DNA from: Nitrospirota bacterium | Lineage (GTDB): Bacteria > Nitrospirota > UBA9217 | Direction: 5' to 3' | Assembly (NCBI GenBank): GCA_963845065.1 | Contig: CAWJQQ010000001.1 | Coordinates: forward strand, 832,001 to 896,000 | DNA length: 64,000 nt | Shown here: positions 49,629-60,670 of the stretch, piece after piece | Position numbering within the stretch: position 1 is the first letter of the stretch | Layout: every line of letters begins with the position of its first letter | Program-made: the position numbers and the translations under genes | Notes under the pieces: model-generated | Told to the model about the DNA's origin: nothing | Databases searched by the model: none | The model's input: only the letters and a program-made list of their open reading frames with translations

Positions 49629-51611
49629 CTATCCTTTTTTCCTCGTCAATAGATCTACTGCTTTATCCAAATCCGCATGTGCGCCGAGTAGCACCACGAT
49701 ATCGTCTAGCTGAAGGACGAGGTCCGGACCGGGGTTTGTTATCGCTTCATTGTTTCGAGCGATGGCAATGACTGTGGCACCCGTATTTTTCCGGATATCG
49801 AGGTTACGGAGGGTCTGACCAGCGCCTGAAGAATCGGGCCCTAGCTGGACGTTGTCCACTGTGGCTCCAACTAACAGCGCGGCGATGCGTCCGATGTTTT
49901 CCTGGTCCAACGAGTAACCACGTAGCATTTTATATCCGCCAAAACGCACAAGCTGGATTTGGCTCGCGATGATATTGCTCGGGATATGGTATTCGTGCAG
50001 GACTCGCGAAAAAATCTCGATCGAGGTCTCAAACTCCTCTGGGATCACCTGGTTTGCCCCGATTTTGGTTAACTCGTCCACCTCTGCCGCATACCGGGTG
50101 CGGATGAGAATAAAGATAGAGGGATTGATCTCGCGCGACATTCGGATGGCAATCCGCGTTGCCGAGTTGTCGGAGATTGCAAATACAATGACTCTAGCGC
50201 AGTCCACGCCCGCCCGCATGAGCACGTCCCTTCGCGTAATGTCGCCGTAAATAATGGGCTCGCCTTTCTCACGCGCCTTGCGGATCGTATCTACGTTCAC
50301 CTCAAGTACAACATAGGGGATATGGGTCGACTTGAGCGTCTTAGCAAGGTTCCGGCCATTCAAACCGTATCCTGCAATGATAGTATGTCCGATAAGTGAA
50401 CAAGAGTCTTTTCTTTCACTGGTTTCAACAGTCGTTGCCGGAAGACGCCCGGCCAGCCAAGGTCCTGCCTGGATGAGAAACGGTGCGGCAAGCATGCTTA
50501 GGATCGATGTGTTAATGAAAAACTGGAAAACGTCGCCGCTCATCAAATTACGAGCGTGACCCTGCTGGGCCAGCAAAAAGGAAAATTCGCCGATCTGGGC
50601 GAGGCCGAGTCCAGTAAGCAGGGAGCTGCGGATGGGATAGCGGAGTACTGACGCAGTCACTGCAACTAGTCCCGTCTTTAGGACCATGAGGACCGCAGCT
50701 AGGAACGCGAGAATAAGCCAGTGTGCACTGAAAAACTCGGTGTGCAGGAGCATGCCGATGGAAATAAAGAATATGCTAGCGAAGTAATCCCGAAAAGGTA
50801 TGATCTCCGCCACGATGTGGTGGCTGTATTCGGACTCGGAAATGATCAGCCCCGCAAGGAATGCGCCGAGCGCGAGCGACAGACCGAGGCTGTAAGTGAC
50901 CCAAGCTGCGCCAAGACAGAGCAGCACAACAAGGAGAAAAAATATCTCGCGGTTGCGAAGTCTGATGACTTGGTTAAGCAGAAAGGGAACGACCTGGCGT
51001 GCTGAGATATAAACGCCGATAAGCCCCAGAACAGCTTTGCCGAGAGAGATGAGGACCGATTGAGGCGTAACAGCGCCTGCTGAACTTGCTTGGCTCAGAA
51101 TTGGCAATAGGAGCATCATGGGGACGACGGCAATGTCCTGGAAAAGGAGGATGCCGGTGCCGAGTCGTCCATGGGCCGTGTCGAGTTCGCTACGGTCTGC
51201 GTACATCTTGAGTACGATGGCTGTGCTGCTTAAGGATGCTAGAAAACCAAAGAACAGGGCGTGGGGCAGCGGATAACGAAAAAGGACGGCGATGCCCATA
51301 ACGACGCCAATGGTCAGTACAACTTGGATGCTGCCGCCGATTAGAAATTGTCTTCCTGACTTGAAGATGTCCTCAAGAGAAAATTCGAGACCCACGGTAA
51401 ACAGGAGCAGGACCACACCGATGTCTGCGAGCCGTTCGACCATCTTGGTCTCGGTAATGATCGCTGCGCCATAGGGACCGATGAGAACGCCAGTGATCAA
51501 AAAGCCTACGAGCGCTGGCAGTTTTGCGCGGTGGAACACATAGGTGATTGGAAGAGACACTGCGAGAAGGATGATCAGTTCGCGGAGAATAGTGATTTCC
51601 TGTTCCTGCAT
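49629..51611 (-). CDS. CPA2 (Kef-type) cation:proton antiporter with TrkA-N/TrkA-C domains
   Basis: LLFTVGLEFS, SLSSTAIV, LLFQD, AQIGEFSF, GYGLNG, RCK-C tail. Confidence 0.92.
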   Translation of the reverse strand: MQEQEITILRELIILLAVSLPITYVFHRAKLPALVGFLITGVLIGPYGAAIITETKMVERLADIGVVLLLFTVGLEFSLEDIFKSGRQFLIGGSIQVVLTIGVVMGIAVLFRYPLPHALFFGFLASLSSTAIVLKMYADRSELDTAHGRLGTGILLFQDIAVVPMMLLLPILSQASSAGAVTPQSVLISLGKAVLGLIGVYISARQVVPFLLNQVIRLRNREIFFLLVVLLCLGAAWVTYSLGLSLALGAFLAGLIISESEYSHHIVAEIIPFRDYFASIFFISIGMLLHTEFFSAHWLILAFLAAVLMVLKTGLVAVTASVLRYPIRSSLLTGLGLAQIGEFSFLLAQQGHARNLMSGDVFQFFINTSILSMLAAPFLIQAGPWLAGRLPATTVETSERKDSCSLIGHTIIAGYGLNGRNLAKTLKSTHIPYVVLEVNVDTIRKAREKGEPIIYGDITRRDVLMRAGVDCARVIVFAISDNSATRIAIRMSREINPSIFILIRTRYAAEVDELTKIGANQVIPEEFETSIEIFSRVLHEYHIPSNIIASQIQLVRFGGYKMLRGYSLDQENIGRIAALLVGATVDNVQLGPDSSGAGQTLRNLDIRKNTGATVIAIARNNEAITNPGPDLVLQLDDIVVLLGAHADLDKAVDLLTRKKG

Positions 51612-51669
51612 GGAGATATCATAGCACATCCATCAGGTGAAGCAAACGAAGAGGGTCGTAAGAAGAGTC

Positions 51670-52920
51670 CTAGCGCCACGCCTCGATCTTTCGCCGCTTT
51701 ATGATTACGATGGAAAAAACGATCGCGCAGATTAGCCCGCCAAGAGCGAAGGTGAGGGGAGCTTTAAGTACAGAGGCGACAGAGCCGGCAAATAAACTTC
51801 CGAAGGGCGTCATACCGCCAAAGGCCAGAGTGTAGACGCTCATCACTCTACCGCGGAGCCGGTCCTTAGTATTGAGCTGGACCGTGGTGTTCGCCATGCC
51901 AAAGAAGGTGACCATTGCCCATCCGGAAAGTGCGAGTAGCAGGGCTGTCAGACCGTAGGATTTTTGTAAGCCGATGAGCATTAGAACGAGCGACAGTCCC
52001 ATTCCGCCGGTTAGCAGGAGGATCGATTTAGGCCCATGTCTGCTCAAAATGGCAAGAGAAAAAGCGCCTATCAAGGCGCCAGCACCGAAGGAAGACATGA
52101 GAAGTCCATACGCCGCAGCATCGCGATGGAGCTCTTGCCTGGAGAAGACAGGAACCAGTACGCTGAAATTCGTTCCGAATATGCTGACCACGGATACAAG
52201 AAGAATGACGATTAAGACCACAGGCGTGTCTTTAATGTAGCTTATAGCTTCCTTTATATCGGAAATGACATGGTAAGCCCTTGGCTCGCTGGCCTGGGGC
52301 TTTGCGATGTTCATGAGTAAAAGTCCCCACAGAACGGCCAAGAAGCTGAGACCGTTGACGAAGAAACAGACGGCAGTTCCCGCCGCACCGATGAGGAGTC
52401 CCGCAATTGCGGGTCCGACTGCCCTCGCGGCATTGAATATCGAGGAGTTCATTGCAATGGCATTCATAAGGTCATCCTTGCCGACCATCTCGATAATGAA
52501 TGCTTGCCGCGCTGGCATGTCAATGGTATTGACGATGCCGAGTAGTGTGGCAAGGATCAGGATGTGCCAATATTGGACTACCCCGGTCCAGTCGAGCAGA
52601 GAAAGCGTAAAAGCCAAGAGCATGAGGACCGTCTGGGTCATGATGATGATCTTTCGTTTTGAGAAGTAATCGATGAAGGGGCCAGTGATAAAGGATAAGA
52701 ACAACATGGGTAGGAACTGAAGCGCCGAAACCACGCCCAGTTTGAGGGACGAGTGGGTCAGTTCCAGGACGAGCCACGCCTGTCCTACATTCTGCATCCA
52801 GGTGCCGATGAGTGACACGAGCTGACCGGAGAAAAAAAGGCGAAAGTTTCGGTGGCGTAACGAATGGAACAGGGTCTTCATCAATGATGATTCAGGCATC
52901 ATGGCGTTATATCTTTCCAC
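51670..52920 (-). CDS. MFS transporter
   Basis: LRHRNFRLFFSGQLVSLIGTWMQ, DMPARQA, LRGRVMSVY; about 12 TMs. Confidence 0.92.
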   Translation of the reverse strand: MERYNAMMPESSLMKTLFHSLRHRNFRLFFSGQLVSLIGTWMQNVGQAWLVLELTHSSLKLGVVSALQFLPMLFLSFITGPFIDYFSKRKIIIMTQTVLMLLAFTLSLLDWTGVVQYWHILILATLLGIVNTIDMPARQAFIIEMVGKDDLMNAIAMNSSIFNAARAVGPAIAGLLIGAAGTAVCFFVNGLSFLAVLWGLLLMNIAKPQASEPRAYHVISDIKEAISYIKDTPVVLIVILLVSVVSIFGTNFSVLVPVFSRQELHRDAAAYGLLMSSFGAGALIGAFSLAILSRHGPKSILLLTGGMGLSLVLMLIGLQKSYGLTALLLALSGWAMVTFFGMANTTVQLNTKDRLRGRVMSVYTLAFGGMTPFGSLFAGSVASVLKAPLTFALGGLICAIVFSIVIIKRRKIEAWR

Positions 52921-53174
52921 CCAGATTATAACACTCGAGCAACCGACGGGGTAGTAAATCCGAGACGTAATTCATAATGTTCAAAATGCAATCGAATTAC
53001 CACCAAACTATTCACGTTGAGCGTATGAAGACGAAGTCTTATAAGGTCAGGTCCTACCACCAGTCACGGAGTGACAGAGAAAGCTCAATATTCCTTGGCT
53101 TTTTAGAGCTGTGTCTGTGGTTTGAGTGATAGATTTCGAATCTTTATGATTGAACCGCCGATGAAATGAGCGGA

Positions 53175-55076
53175 TTATCCGCGAAGCACTCTTTTGTCCC
53201 CAACGCGCTGTGTCAATTTCTGCGAGTCGAAGTATTCCATCAGCGGCACGGCATACTTGCGTGAGGTTTTGGCAAGGTCGCGGAATTCAGCCATGGTTAT
53301 TTCTTTCTTGGCATCGAGATATTGTTTAAGATTGGTCCTGATCTGCTCCAGAATATTCTTGTCCAGATGGAGCGAGTCGTTGATCCTAACAAGATGGCCT
53401 TCATCGGCGAGGAGTTTCATCAGGTCTTTGGCGTCCTTCTCCGTGATACCAAAAAGAGCAGGAAGCTCTTCTCTGATAGGTGGTTGTGTCCCGCCCTTCG
53501 TGATTGCCTCGACTATCTTGCTCTTTACCTCATCCTGGATAGCGCCACGCGCTGCCTTGAATCCCGGAATCTTGAGCTTCGATCCTTCTGCTTCGATTTG
53601 CTTCTTTTTTAAGAGTCCGTCGATCGTCGTATTCAGGATTTTGATTGCCACCCGCATCTTGAGCATGCCCTTCAGCTCTTCCTTGCCAAGGCCTGGTTTA
53701 AGCGGGTTGACGCTGTGATACTGTTGTATAAAGTCGATAATTTTGTTTTCCAGTGCCCCGATGTGCGTTGCATGTACGTAGAGATTGTCGACTCTTAGTG
53801 CTATTTTCTTCTGTGTTAATACTGTCAGGGCCGTCAGGATCGACTGTTTGTCGCCGGCAACAGCACTGATGACCTCTGCTTCTTCAATTCCAGAGAAGCT
53901 TTTGCCGGAAATGAAGAGCCCCAGAATCTCTTCAAGCGTTCCTTCGTTGAGAGTACCGAGGTCCTTGAGCGATTCTTGCATTGTAGCGGTCTTGTGCCGC
54001 CTTGTGTGCGGGTTCAGGATCATGCCACCGCCAAGGGTTTCCATGGGAGAATAAAAACGCAAAATGTATCGGTCTCCGTGCTGGGCTATCACATGTTGTT
54101 CGAGCCGGAGCTGTACGTATGCTTCTTCGCCAGGGGCAAGCATATTTGATCCGAGCAGCGTGATTCTGCCGATGGCCTCCTGGGTAGTGTTGTAAAATCT
54201 GATGCGCGCGCCTGTCTTGAGTCCCCGTGGGGCCTGCTTCAAGAGATTAAGTTTTGCATCAAGTGTTTTGGTTGGCTGGAAGTACCCAGTGTTGACAATT
54301 GTATCTCCCCGCGAAAGTTCGTCTTTCTCGACCCCCTGGAGGTTCACGGCCGTTCGCTGCCCAGCTACGGCACGCTTCACGGCCTGGTTATGAGATTGTA
54401 TGCCACGGACCTTAGTCGTTATCCTTTTTGGCAGGATCTGGATCTCCTGGTCCGTGCTGATCGTACCTGATAGCATTGTGCCGGTGATGACCGTACCGAA
54501 GCCTTTCATCGTGAATACTCGGTCGATGGGAAGGCGCAGGATGCCGTTCAGGGATTTCGGGGCGACTTCGCTCGAGAGTTTTGTAAGCTCCTGCACGAGC
54601 AGAGGCAGGTTTTCTCCGGTCTTGGACGAAACCGGGACGATAGTAGATTTTTCCAGGAACGTACCTCTGACGAAGCTGTGCACCTCGTCCTGCACGAGTG
54701 CCAACCAGTCCTTCTCAACCATGTCCGATTTGGTAAGGGCGATAATCCCTTTTTTCACGCAAAGGAGATCGCAAATGGCAAGGTGCTCACGGGTCTGGGG
54801 CATGATGCCTTCATCGGCTGCAATCACAAGCATGACGATATCAATGCCGCCTACGCCGGCGAGCATGTTCTTGATCAGGCCTTCATGGCCGGGGACGTCG
54901 ACGATACCGAGGCGGTTGTCACCGGGCAGGTCAAGGGATGCGAACCCAAGGTCGAGCGTGATTCCGCGCTCTTTTTCTTCCTTGAGGCGGTCTGGGTCAG
55001 TGCCGGTCAAGGCCTTGACGAGACTGGATTTTCCGTGGTCGATATGTCCGGCAGTGCCGAGGATGATGTATTTCAT
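53175..55076 (-). CDS. selB: Selenocysteine-specific elongation factor
   Basis: [16 protein letters not shown], winged-helix C-terminus [20 protein letters not shown]. Confidence 0.97.
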   Translation of the reverse strand: MKYIILGTAGHIDHGKSSLVKALTGTDPDRLKEEKERGITLDLGFASLDLPGDNRLGIVDVPGHEGLIKNMLAGVGGIDIVMLVIAADEGIMPQTREHLAICDLLCVKKGIIALTKSDMVEKDWLALVQDEVHSFVRGTFLEKSTIVPVSSKTGENLPLLVQELTKLSSEVAPKSLNGILRLPIDRVFTMKGFGTVITGTMLSGTISTDQEIQILPKRITTKVRGIQSHNQAVKRAVAGQRTAVNLQGVEKDELSRGDTIVNTGYFQPTKTLDAKLNLLKQAPRGLKTGARIRFYNTTQEAIGRITLLGSNMLAPGEEAYVQLRLEQHVIAQHGDRYILRFYSPMETLGGGMILNPHTRRHKTATMQESLKDLGTLNEGTLEEILGLFISGKSFSGIEEAEVISAVAGDKQSILTALTVLTQKKIALRVDNLYVHATHIGALENKIIDFIQQYHSVNPLKPGLGKEELKGMLKMRVAIKILNTTIDGLLKKKQIEAEGSKLKIPGFKAARGAIQDEVKSKIVEAITKGGTQPPIREELPALFGITEKDAKDLMKLLADEGHLVRINDSLHLDKNILEQIRTNLKQYLDAKKEITMAEFRDLAKTSRKYAVPLMEYFDSQKLTQRVGDKRVLRG

Positions 55077-55171
55077 TCAGATAGTGAGAAGTATCTATGA
55101 GGTAGTAGATAAGGGATAGGAGAGCACGGAATCTGAATGCTTCGTCCTATATACTGTCTGCTATATGCTAC

Positions 55172-56572
55172 CTAGTGAAAGATTTTTTTCGCTACTTCAA
55201 TAATCTTCCCGATTTCTTCATCATTGAGCGTCCGGGGATCGAATACGACCATGCCTTCCTTGATGCGCGCGATGATGTGTGGTTTGCCGAGGCGCAAGCT
55301 GGATTCAATCTGGTTTGCGCTCATGCGCTCGTGCCGGATGCAGACGGTCTTGGTCGGGAAGTTTCCCATTGGCAACGCACCGCCGCCGCTCTGCGAGGTA
55401 TCGTCCTGCATAGAGACCTTAAGGCCTACCTGACCGATTCGTTTGATACCGTCGGATAACAATACGGCTTTTCGTTCGATTTCGGAAAGTGGCTGAGTCA
55501 GCATCCAGAGAGTGGGGATTTCTTTTATCGCCATGTCCCTATCCAGGTATTGGTTTAGCGTGGCCTCGAGTGCAGCAAGCGTTAATTTGTCGATTCTGAG
55601 CGCTCGGGTTAGGGGATTTGAACGGATAGGGTCGAGATATACTTTTTTACCGAGAATCATGCCGGCCTGAGGACCGCCTAAAAGCTTGTCACCGCTGAAC
55701 GTGAGCACATCGACTCCGGCACCGACCGCCTGCTGCACAGTCGGCTCAGATCCTGCTCCATACGTTGAGAGGTCGATGAAACTGCCACTGCCAAGGTCCC
55801 ACATGACAGGCAAGTTATGTTTCCTGCCGAGCTTCGCGAGTTCTTCCGAAGAGACCTCATTCGTGAAACCGACTATTTTATAATTACTCGTATGGACCTT
55901 GAGGATCAGGCCGGTGTTCGCGTTGATTGCTTTCTCATAGTCTTTGAGATGGGTCTTGTTCGTGGTGCCGACTTCGTGTAGAATTGCCCCGCTCCGCTCC
56001 ATCACATCGGGTATGCGGAATGAACCGCCGATCTCTACTAGTTCGCCGCGGGAGACTATGACCTCCTTGCCGCGAGCGAGGGTGTTCAAACCGAGCAGCA
56101 CAGCTGCTGCATTGTTGTTAACGGCAGTAGCGGCCTCAACGCCGGTGAGACGGGTGAGGATGCCCTCTATATGCACATAGCGTTTGCCGCGCTCACCTGC
56201 AGAGATGTCGTACTCCAGGTTGGAGTAGCTGCGGCTCAGCTCAACGACGCGCTCTATTGCCTTGTCGGATAGAAGGGATCGGCCGAGGTTTGTATGAACG
56301 ATGACACCCGTTGAATTGATTACTGGACGGAGACTCGGAGCGGAGAGCTCGTCCAGGATCGTGTCCGTCTGGTCGAGGATTTCAGAGAGGGAGACGGTCT
56401 GTTGAAGTGATTTGTTTTTCTCTCCCTGAAGGATGACCTTGCGCCGCCTATCGACAGCTGTCCTGATTGCCTCTAACACAAGGACGCGCGGGTGTGTTTC
56501 AAGCCAGTGTTTGGCCTTGTTTTCCTTCAGGATATCGTCAACTGATGGAAGTTGTCTTAATAATTCCTTCAT
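55172..56572 (-). CDS. selA: L-seryl-tRNA(Sec) selenium transferase
   Basis: VINSTGVIVHTNLGR, SRGELVEIGGSFRIPD, FSGDKLLGGPQAG. Confidence 0.97.
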   Translation of the reverse strand: MKELLRQLPSVDDILKENKAKHWLETHPRVLVLEAIRTAVDRRRKVILQGEKNKSLQQTVSLSEILDQTDTILDELSAPSLRPVINSTGVIVHTNLGRSLLSDKAIERVVELSRSYSNLEYDISAGERGKRYVHIEGILTRLTGVEAATAVNNNAAAVLLGLNTLARGKEVIVSRGELVEIGGSFRIPDVMERSGAILHEVGTTNKTHLKDYEKAINANTGLILKVHTSNYKIVGFTNEVSSEELAKLGRKHNLPVMWDLGSGSFIDLSTYGAGSEPTVQQAVGAGVDVLTFSGDKLLGGPQAGMILGKKVYLDPIRSNPLTRALRIDKLTLAALEATLNQYLDRDMAIKEIPTLWMLTQPLSEIERKAVLLSDGIKRIGQVGLKVSMQDDTSQSGGGALPMGNFPTKTVCIRHERMSANQIESSLRLGKPHIIARIKEGMVVFDPRTLNDEEIGKIIEVAKKIFH

Positions 56573-56956
56573 AATGGTAACATAGCATAGCCGATAGGTA
56601 ATTTCAACAGGACATTTCCCAGTTGATTTCCGCCTTACTTTTTGCCCTTGACATCTAGGCGATAATATGTCAATTTTAACGATAGTTAAATGATTCCATC
56701 CGCCGCGACAATGAAATGCTACGAATGTGCAAACACTGGTATGGACAACGATGCTGTGTCTTCACGCGGCATTAACAGTAAGAGGCATGAATGGACCAAA
56801 CGGTTCGTAAAATCTGCCCAGCAGACATTTTCGGCCGGGCTTCATTGAGGACGAACAACAATACTTAGCTGACAACCCACACTTGCTCTGCTCCGAGTGC
56901 AAATCCGACCATTAATGTTTGGAAAGCAAATAAATCCTGATCAAGGTGAGGTGCTC

Positions 56957-57964
56957 ATGAATAGACGTACATTTATCAAAGGTACCGCGGCCGTGGGCGC
57001 CGCTCTTGCGGTCGATGACCTATTCATCCCCTTTGCCGAGGCAGTGGCCGTGCCTAAGTTCAACTTCTTACACATTACGGACCTGCATCTAGATGTAAGA
57101 GGCGACAACAGCTGGCAGTACCGCTCGCAAAGTGTACCCCTGTTCATCGATGCGCTGCGACAGCTATCCTATCTGCCAAAACTGAACTTTATTGTCTTCG
57201 GAGGGGACCAGGTCCACTATGGCCCTAATGACAAAGAATCTCTCGATGTGTTCCAGAGGTGGGTGTCCCACCTCGACATGCCTTATTATATATTGCTTGG
57301 GAACACGGAGGTGTCGCCGATCCGTGGCGTATCGAAACTAGGAAGGGCTGAATATCTAAAAGCCTGGAGTGGGAAAGGGCTTAATCCAGGGAGTTCATCA
57401 TGGGCATTTGATCCCGTGCATAACGTACGGGTCATCGGTTTTGACGTGACCGTGGTCGGCCAGCCCCACGGTGAAGCAACTCCCGATGGGTTGAAATGGC
57501 TCGAAAACGAGCTCAAAGCGAATCAAAAAAAGAAACTTGTCGTCGTTTTCACACACCAACTGCTTATGCCGACGACGCCGAAGGACGAAAGCAGTGATTG
57601 GTCGTTCTGGATGGTGAAGAACCACGTAAACGTCCGCAGCGTTCTGGATCGGTATCCGAATGTACGGCTTGTCGTTTCAGGACATCACCATGTATCTCGT
57701 GTCATAACCGCCGGTAAGATCACCTATGTCGCCGACCCGGCCGTCGTGTCCTACCCTTGCTCGTTCCGGTCCTATACCGTAACTAGGGAAGGTATTCACC
57801 TGAAAAACATCGGCCTCGAGGATAAGACAATGGTGGACAAGGCATTGGAACTGCTTGTGACCGATCCCTATGCCAAGATGTACGATGCAGCCGATCCGAA
57901 AAAAGCTGCTGATTATAGTGCTGGCCTGACACCGAAGGACCGTGAGTCGACGATCAAATTATAA
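56957..57964 (+). CDS. Tat-exported calcineurin-like metallophosphoesterase
   Basis: MNRRTFIK twin-arginine signal; ITDLH, GGD, LGNTE, FTH, SGHHH. Confidence 0.85.
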   Translation: MNRRTFIKGTAAVGAALAVDDLFIPFAEAVAVPKFNFLHITDLHLDVRGDNSWQYRSQSVPLFIDALRQLSYLPKLNFIVFGGDQVHYGPNDKESLDVFQRWVSHLDMPYYILLGNTEVSPIRGVSKLGRAEYLKAWSGKGLNPGSSSWAFDPVHNVRVIGFDVTVVGQPHGEATPDGLKWLENELKANQKKKLVVVFTHQLLMPTTPKDESSDWSFWMVKNHVNVRSVLDRYPNVRLVVSGHHHVSRVITAGKITYVADPAVVSYPCSFRSYTVTREGIHLKNIGLEDKTMVDKALELLVTDPYAKMYDAADPKKAADYSAGLTPKDRESTIKL

Positions 57965-58008
57965 AGCGGCCTACGTTCGCATTCAGAAACAGCAACTATT
58001 TTTCATCC

Positions 58009-60153
58009 TTACTCTTGAGCCAGCGAGAAATCGATCCGTTTCCTCGACGTATCCACTCGATCGACGCGCACCTTGACTTCATCGCCGATCCGGTATACGC
58101 ATTTTCCTCGTTCGCCCCGCAGGCAATGCAGCTTCTCGATGTAATGGTAGTAGTCGTCAGTAAGCGTCGAAACATGAACCAGCCCCTCGACGAAAAGCTT
58201 ACGGAGTTGCACGAAAAATCCGAATTGAACCACGCCGGTAATGATTCCAGCATAAACCTCTCCCAGTTTGTCCTCCATGAACCGAAGTTTCAATACGGTG
58301 ATCACGTCGCGCTCCGCCTCCATAGCCTTGCGTTCCCGCTGTGAACAATGCATCGCAGCTTCAGGTAGTTTTTCGGCGAGTGTCTCGACGAATGCCTCGT
58401 TTCTGAGCCTGCCCTGCATATCTGCTTTCAGTATGCGGTGGACGATGAGGTCGGGGTAGCGCCTGATCGGAGAAGTGAAGTGCGTATAGGTTTCCGCGGC
58501 GAGGCCGAAGTGGCCGACATTTTCCTCAGAGTAGCGGGCCTGCTTCATCGTGCGCAGGAGGACAGTGTTTATCAGCGTTTCCTCTGGTGTGCCCTTGGCC
58601 TTGGCCAACGCCTTCTGCAGGTGTAGTGGTTTGAGCTTCTTTCCGGCGGGAAGCGAAATGCCGAGCGTAGATAGGAACTCGACGAGATCCGCCAATTTTT
58701 CCTCATCAGGTTCTTCATGGATGCGGTACACAAAAGGCGCTTCCTTGTTTTCGATGTGGTGCGCCACTGTCTCGTTCGCAGCGAGCATGAATTCCTCAAT
58801 GATCTGGTGCGCCATATTACGCTCGGCTCTGATAATGTCGGTCATGCGTCCCTGTAGGTCGAGCACTAGCTCGGGTTCAGGTAGATCGAAGTCAATGCTA
58901 CCGCGTTTTGCCCTTTTTGCACGAAGAATTTCCATCACCTCGGCCATCAAATCGAACTGGACGAGAAGCTCGGCGTAACGCTTCCGCTGTGTCGGGTCAC
59001 GGTCAACGAGGATCTCGCGAACCGCTGTGTAGGTCATGCGTTCGTTGCTGTTGATGATGCTCTCATATATTTCGTAGTGCAGGATATCGCCCGCAGGAGA
59101 AATATCCATTTCACAGGTGAGAGTGAGCCGGTCAACGTTAGGGTTCAAACTGCAGATACCGTTTGATAGTTGCATGGGGAGCATAGGGAGGACACGATCG
59201 GGAAAATAGACGCTCGTGCCGCGCTGGTAGGCTTCCTCGTCTAGAATGGTCTTTTCTTTAACATACTGCGCAACATCGGCGATATGGACCCAAAGCCTGT
59301 ATCCGTTTTTGATCCGACTGATCGAGACGGCGTCATCGAAATCCCGTGCTTTCTCGCCGTCTATTGTCACGGTGGGGAGATCACGGAGGTCTTTCCTGTT
59401 CTTCCTCATAGCCGGTGTTACCTGCTGAGGAACATCCGCCGCTTCACGTGCGGCTGCGAGAGAGAACTGCGTTGGCAGTTCATACTGTTCTATGATCAGC
59501 TCCATGTCAATGCCCGGATCACCGGGTTTGCCTATGATCCTGACGATCCTGCCTTCCGGCGGTCTGTTTCGCAGGGGGTAGGCAATGATCTCAGCTGATA
59601 CGATATCACCCGGTTTCGCCTCGGCTGCATTCTCGCGGCTGATTATGAGATCATGCGTAATCCGTGTATCAAAGGGAGAAACGAAACCAAAACCGCCATG
59701 CTGCGGCTCAGGTAGCTCGTAGGTACCGACCACCCTGGTCATGGCTCGTTCGAGGACCCGCACGATTATTCCCTCACGCTTGCCTTCGTTTTTTTTCTTT
59801 CCTGCGGGAGGGGTGACGCGGACCACGACTTTGTCGCCGTTCATGGCGTCGAGTGTGCTCCTCATGGAAATATAGACGTCAGTTTTCCCTTTTTTCTCAG
59901 GAATTACGAACCCGTAACCCTGGGGATGGGCCTGGAAGATGCCGGTTTCGAGATCCATCTTCTCAGGCAAACCGTATCGGTTGCCGCGAGTTTTGATGAT
60001 ATCGCCGGAAAGCGTAAGCTCGTTTAGCACCTGTTTCAAGTCGCGGCGGTCATTGGCCTTGAGCCGGAGCTGCCGCAAGAGCTCACGCACAAGCATAGGC
60101 TTGCCTGTCCTGGTCTTAATTAACTCAATGATTTGTTTGTGGGTATATTTCAT
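58009..60153 (-). CDS. rnr: Ribonuclease R
   Basis: N-terminal HTH, cold-shock domains, TIDGEKARDFDDA, HFTSPIRRYPDL, S1 domain. Confidence 0.96.
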   Translation of the reverse strand: MKYTHKQIIELIKTRTGKPMLVRELLRQLRLKANDRRDLKQVLNELTLSGDIIKTRGNRYGLPEKMDLETGIFQAHPQGYGFVIPEKKGKTDVYISMRSTLDAMNGDKVVVRVTPPAGKKKNEGKREGIIVRVLERAMTRVVGTYELPEPQHGGFGFVSPFDTRITHDLIISRENAAEAKPGDIVSAEIIAYPLRNRPPEGRIVRIIGKPGDPGIDMELIIEQYELPTQFSLAAAREAADVPQQVTPAMRKNRKDLRDLPTVTIDGEKARDFDDAVSISRIKNGYRLWVHIADVAQYVKEKTILDEEAYQRGTSVYFPDRVLPMLPMQLSNGICSLNPNVDRLTLTCEMDISPAGDILHYEIYESIINSNERMTYTAVREILVDRDPTQRKRYAELLVQFDLMAEVMEILRAKRAKRGSIDFDLPEPELVLDLQGRMTDIIRAERNMAHQIIEEFMLAANETVAHHIENKEAPFVYRIHEEPDEEKLADLVEFLSTLGISLPAGKKLKPLHLQKALAKAKGTPEETLINTVLLRTMKQARYSEENVGHFGLAAETYTHFTSPIRRYPDLIVHRILKADMQGRLRNEAFVETLAEKLPEAAMHCSQRERKAMEAERDVITVLKLRFMEDKLGEVYAGIITGVVQFGFFVQLRKLFVEGLVHVSTLTDDYYHYIEKLHCLRGERGKCVYRIGDEVKVRVDRVDTSRKRIDFSLAQE

Positions 60154-60274
60154 AATTCATTAATTAGTAAGTAGTAGATAAAAAAGCTTGGGGGCAGTAA
60201 ACAATAAAGAGGAGAGGAATTTAATAAGAAAGAATCTTTTCCTGTCTACTGCCTAATTTAAGCCGTCCACTTTT

Positions 60275-60670
60275 CTAAATTCTCAATAGCTTCCCCTTTG
60301 CTTCCGCGATCACCATCGGTCCCCGCTCGATTTTTGCTTCTGCCAGGATCAAGCGCCTAGATTCATGCGTCAATCTACCGCTGACGAGCAGCTCCTGGCC
60401 TGGAGCTGCGGACGCCTTAAACTTGATCGTTATCTCAGCAGTCACTGATGGGAGTCCTACGGTGAATGCTAACTTTGCCATGGCTTCGTCGAGCAGAGAC
60501 GAGAGGATGCCGCCATGGACGATCCCTTCATAGCCCTGGTGCATGTTTGTGGGGATGAATGAGGCGTAAATTGTTCGTGCTGTTTTATCGATCTCGAACT
60601 CAATGCCGAGGCCGGCGGGGTTCTTTTTCCCGCACACATAACAGTGTTCGTTGTCGCGGAGCGGCGTCAT
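60275..60670 (-). CDS. PaaI-family thioesterase
   Basis: CYVCGKKNPAGL, QGYEGIVHGGILSSLLDE. Confidence 0.9.
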   Translation of the reverse strand: MTPLRDNEHCYVCGKKNPAGLGIEFEIDKTARTIYASFIPTNMHQGYEGIVHGGILSSLLDEAMAKLAFTVGLPSVTAEITIKFKASAAPGQELLVSGRLTHESRRLILAEAKIERGPMVIAEAKGKLLRI

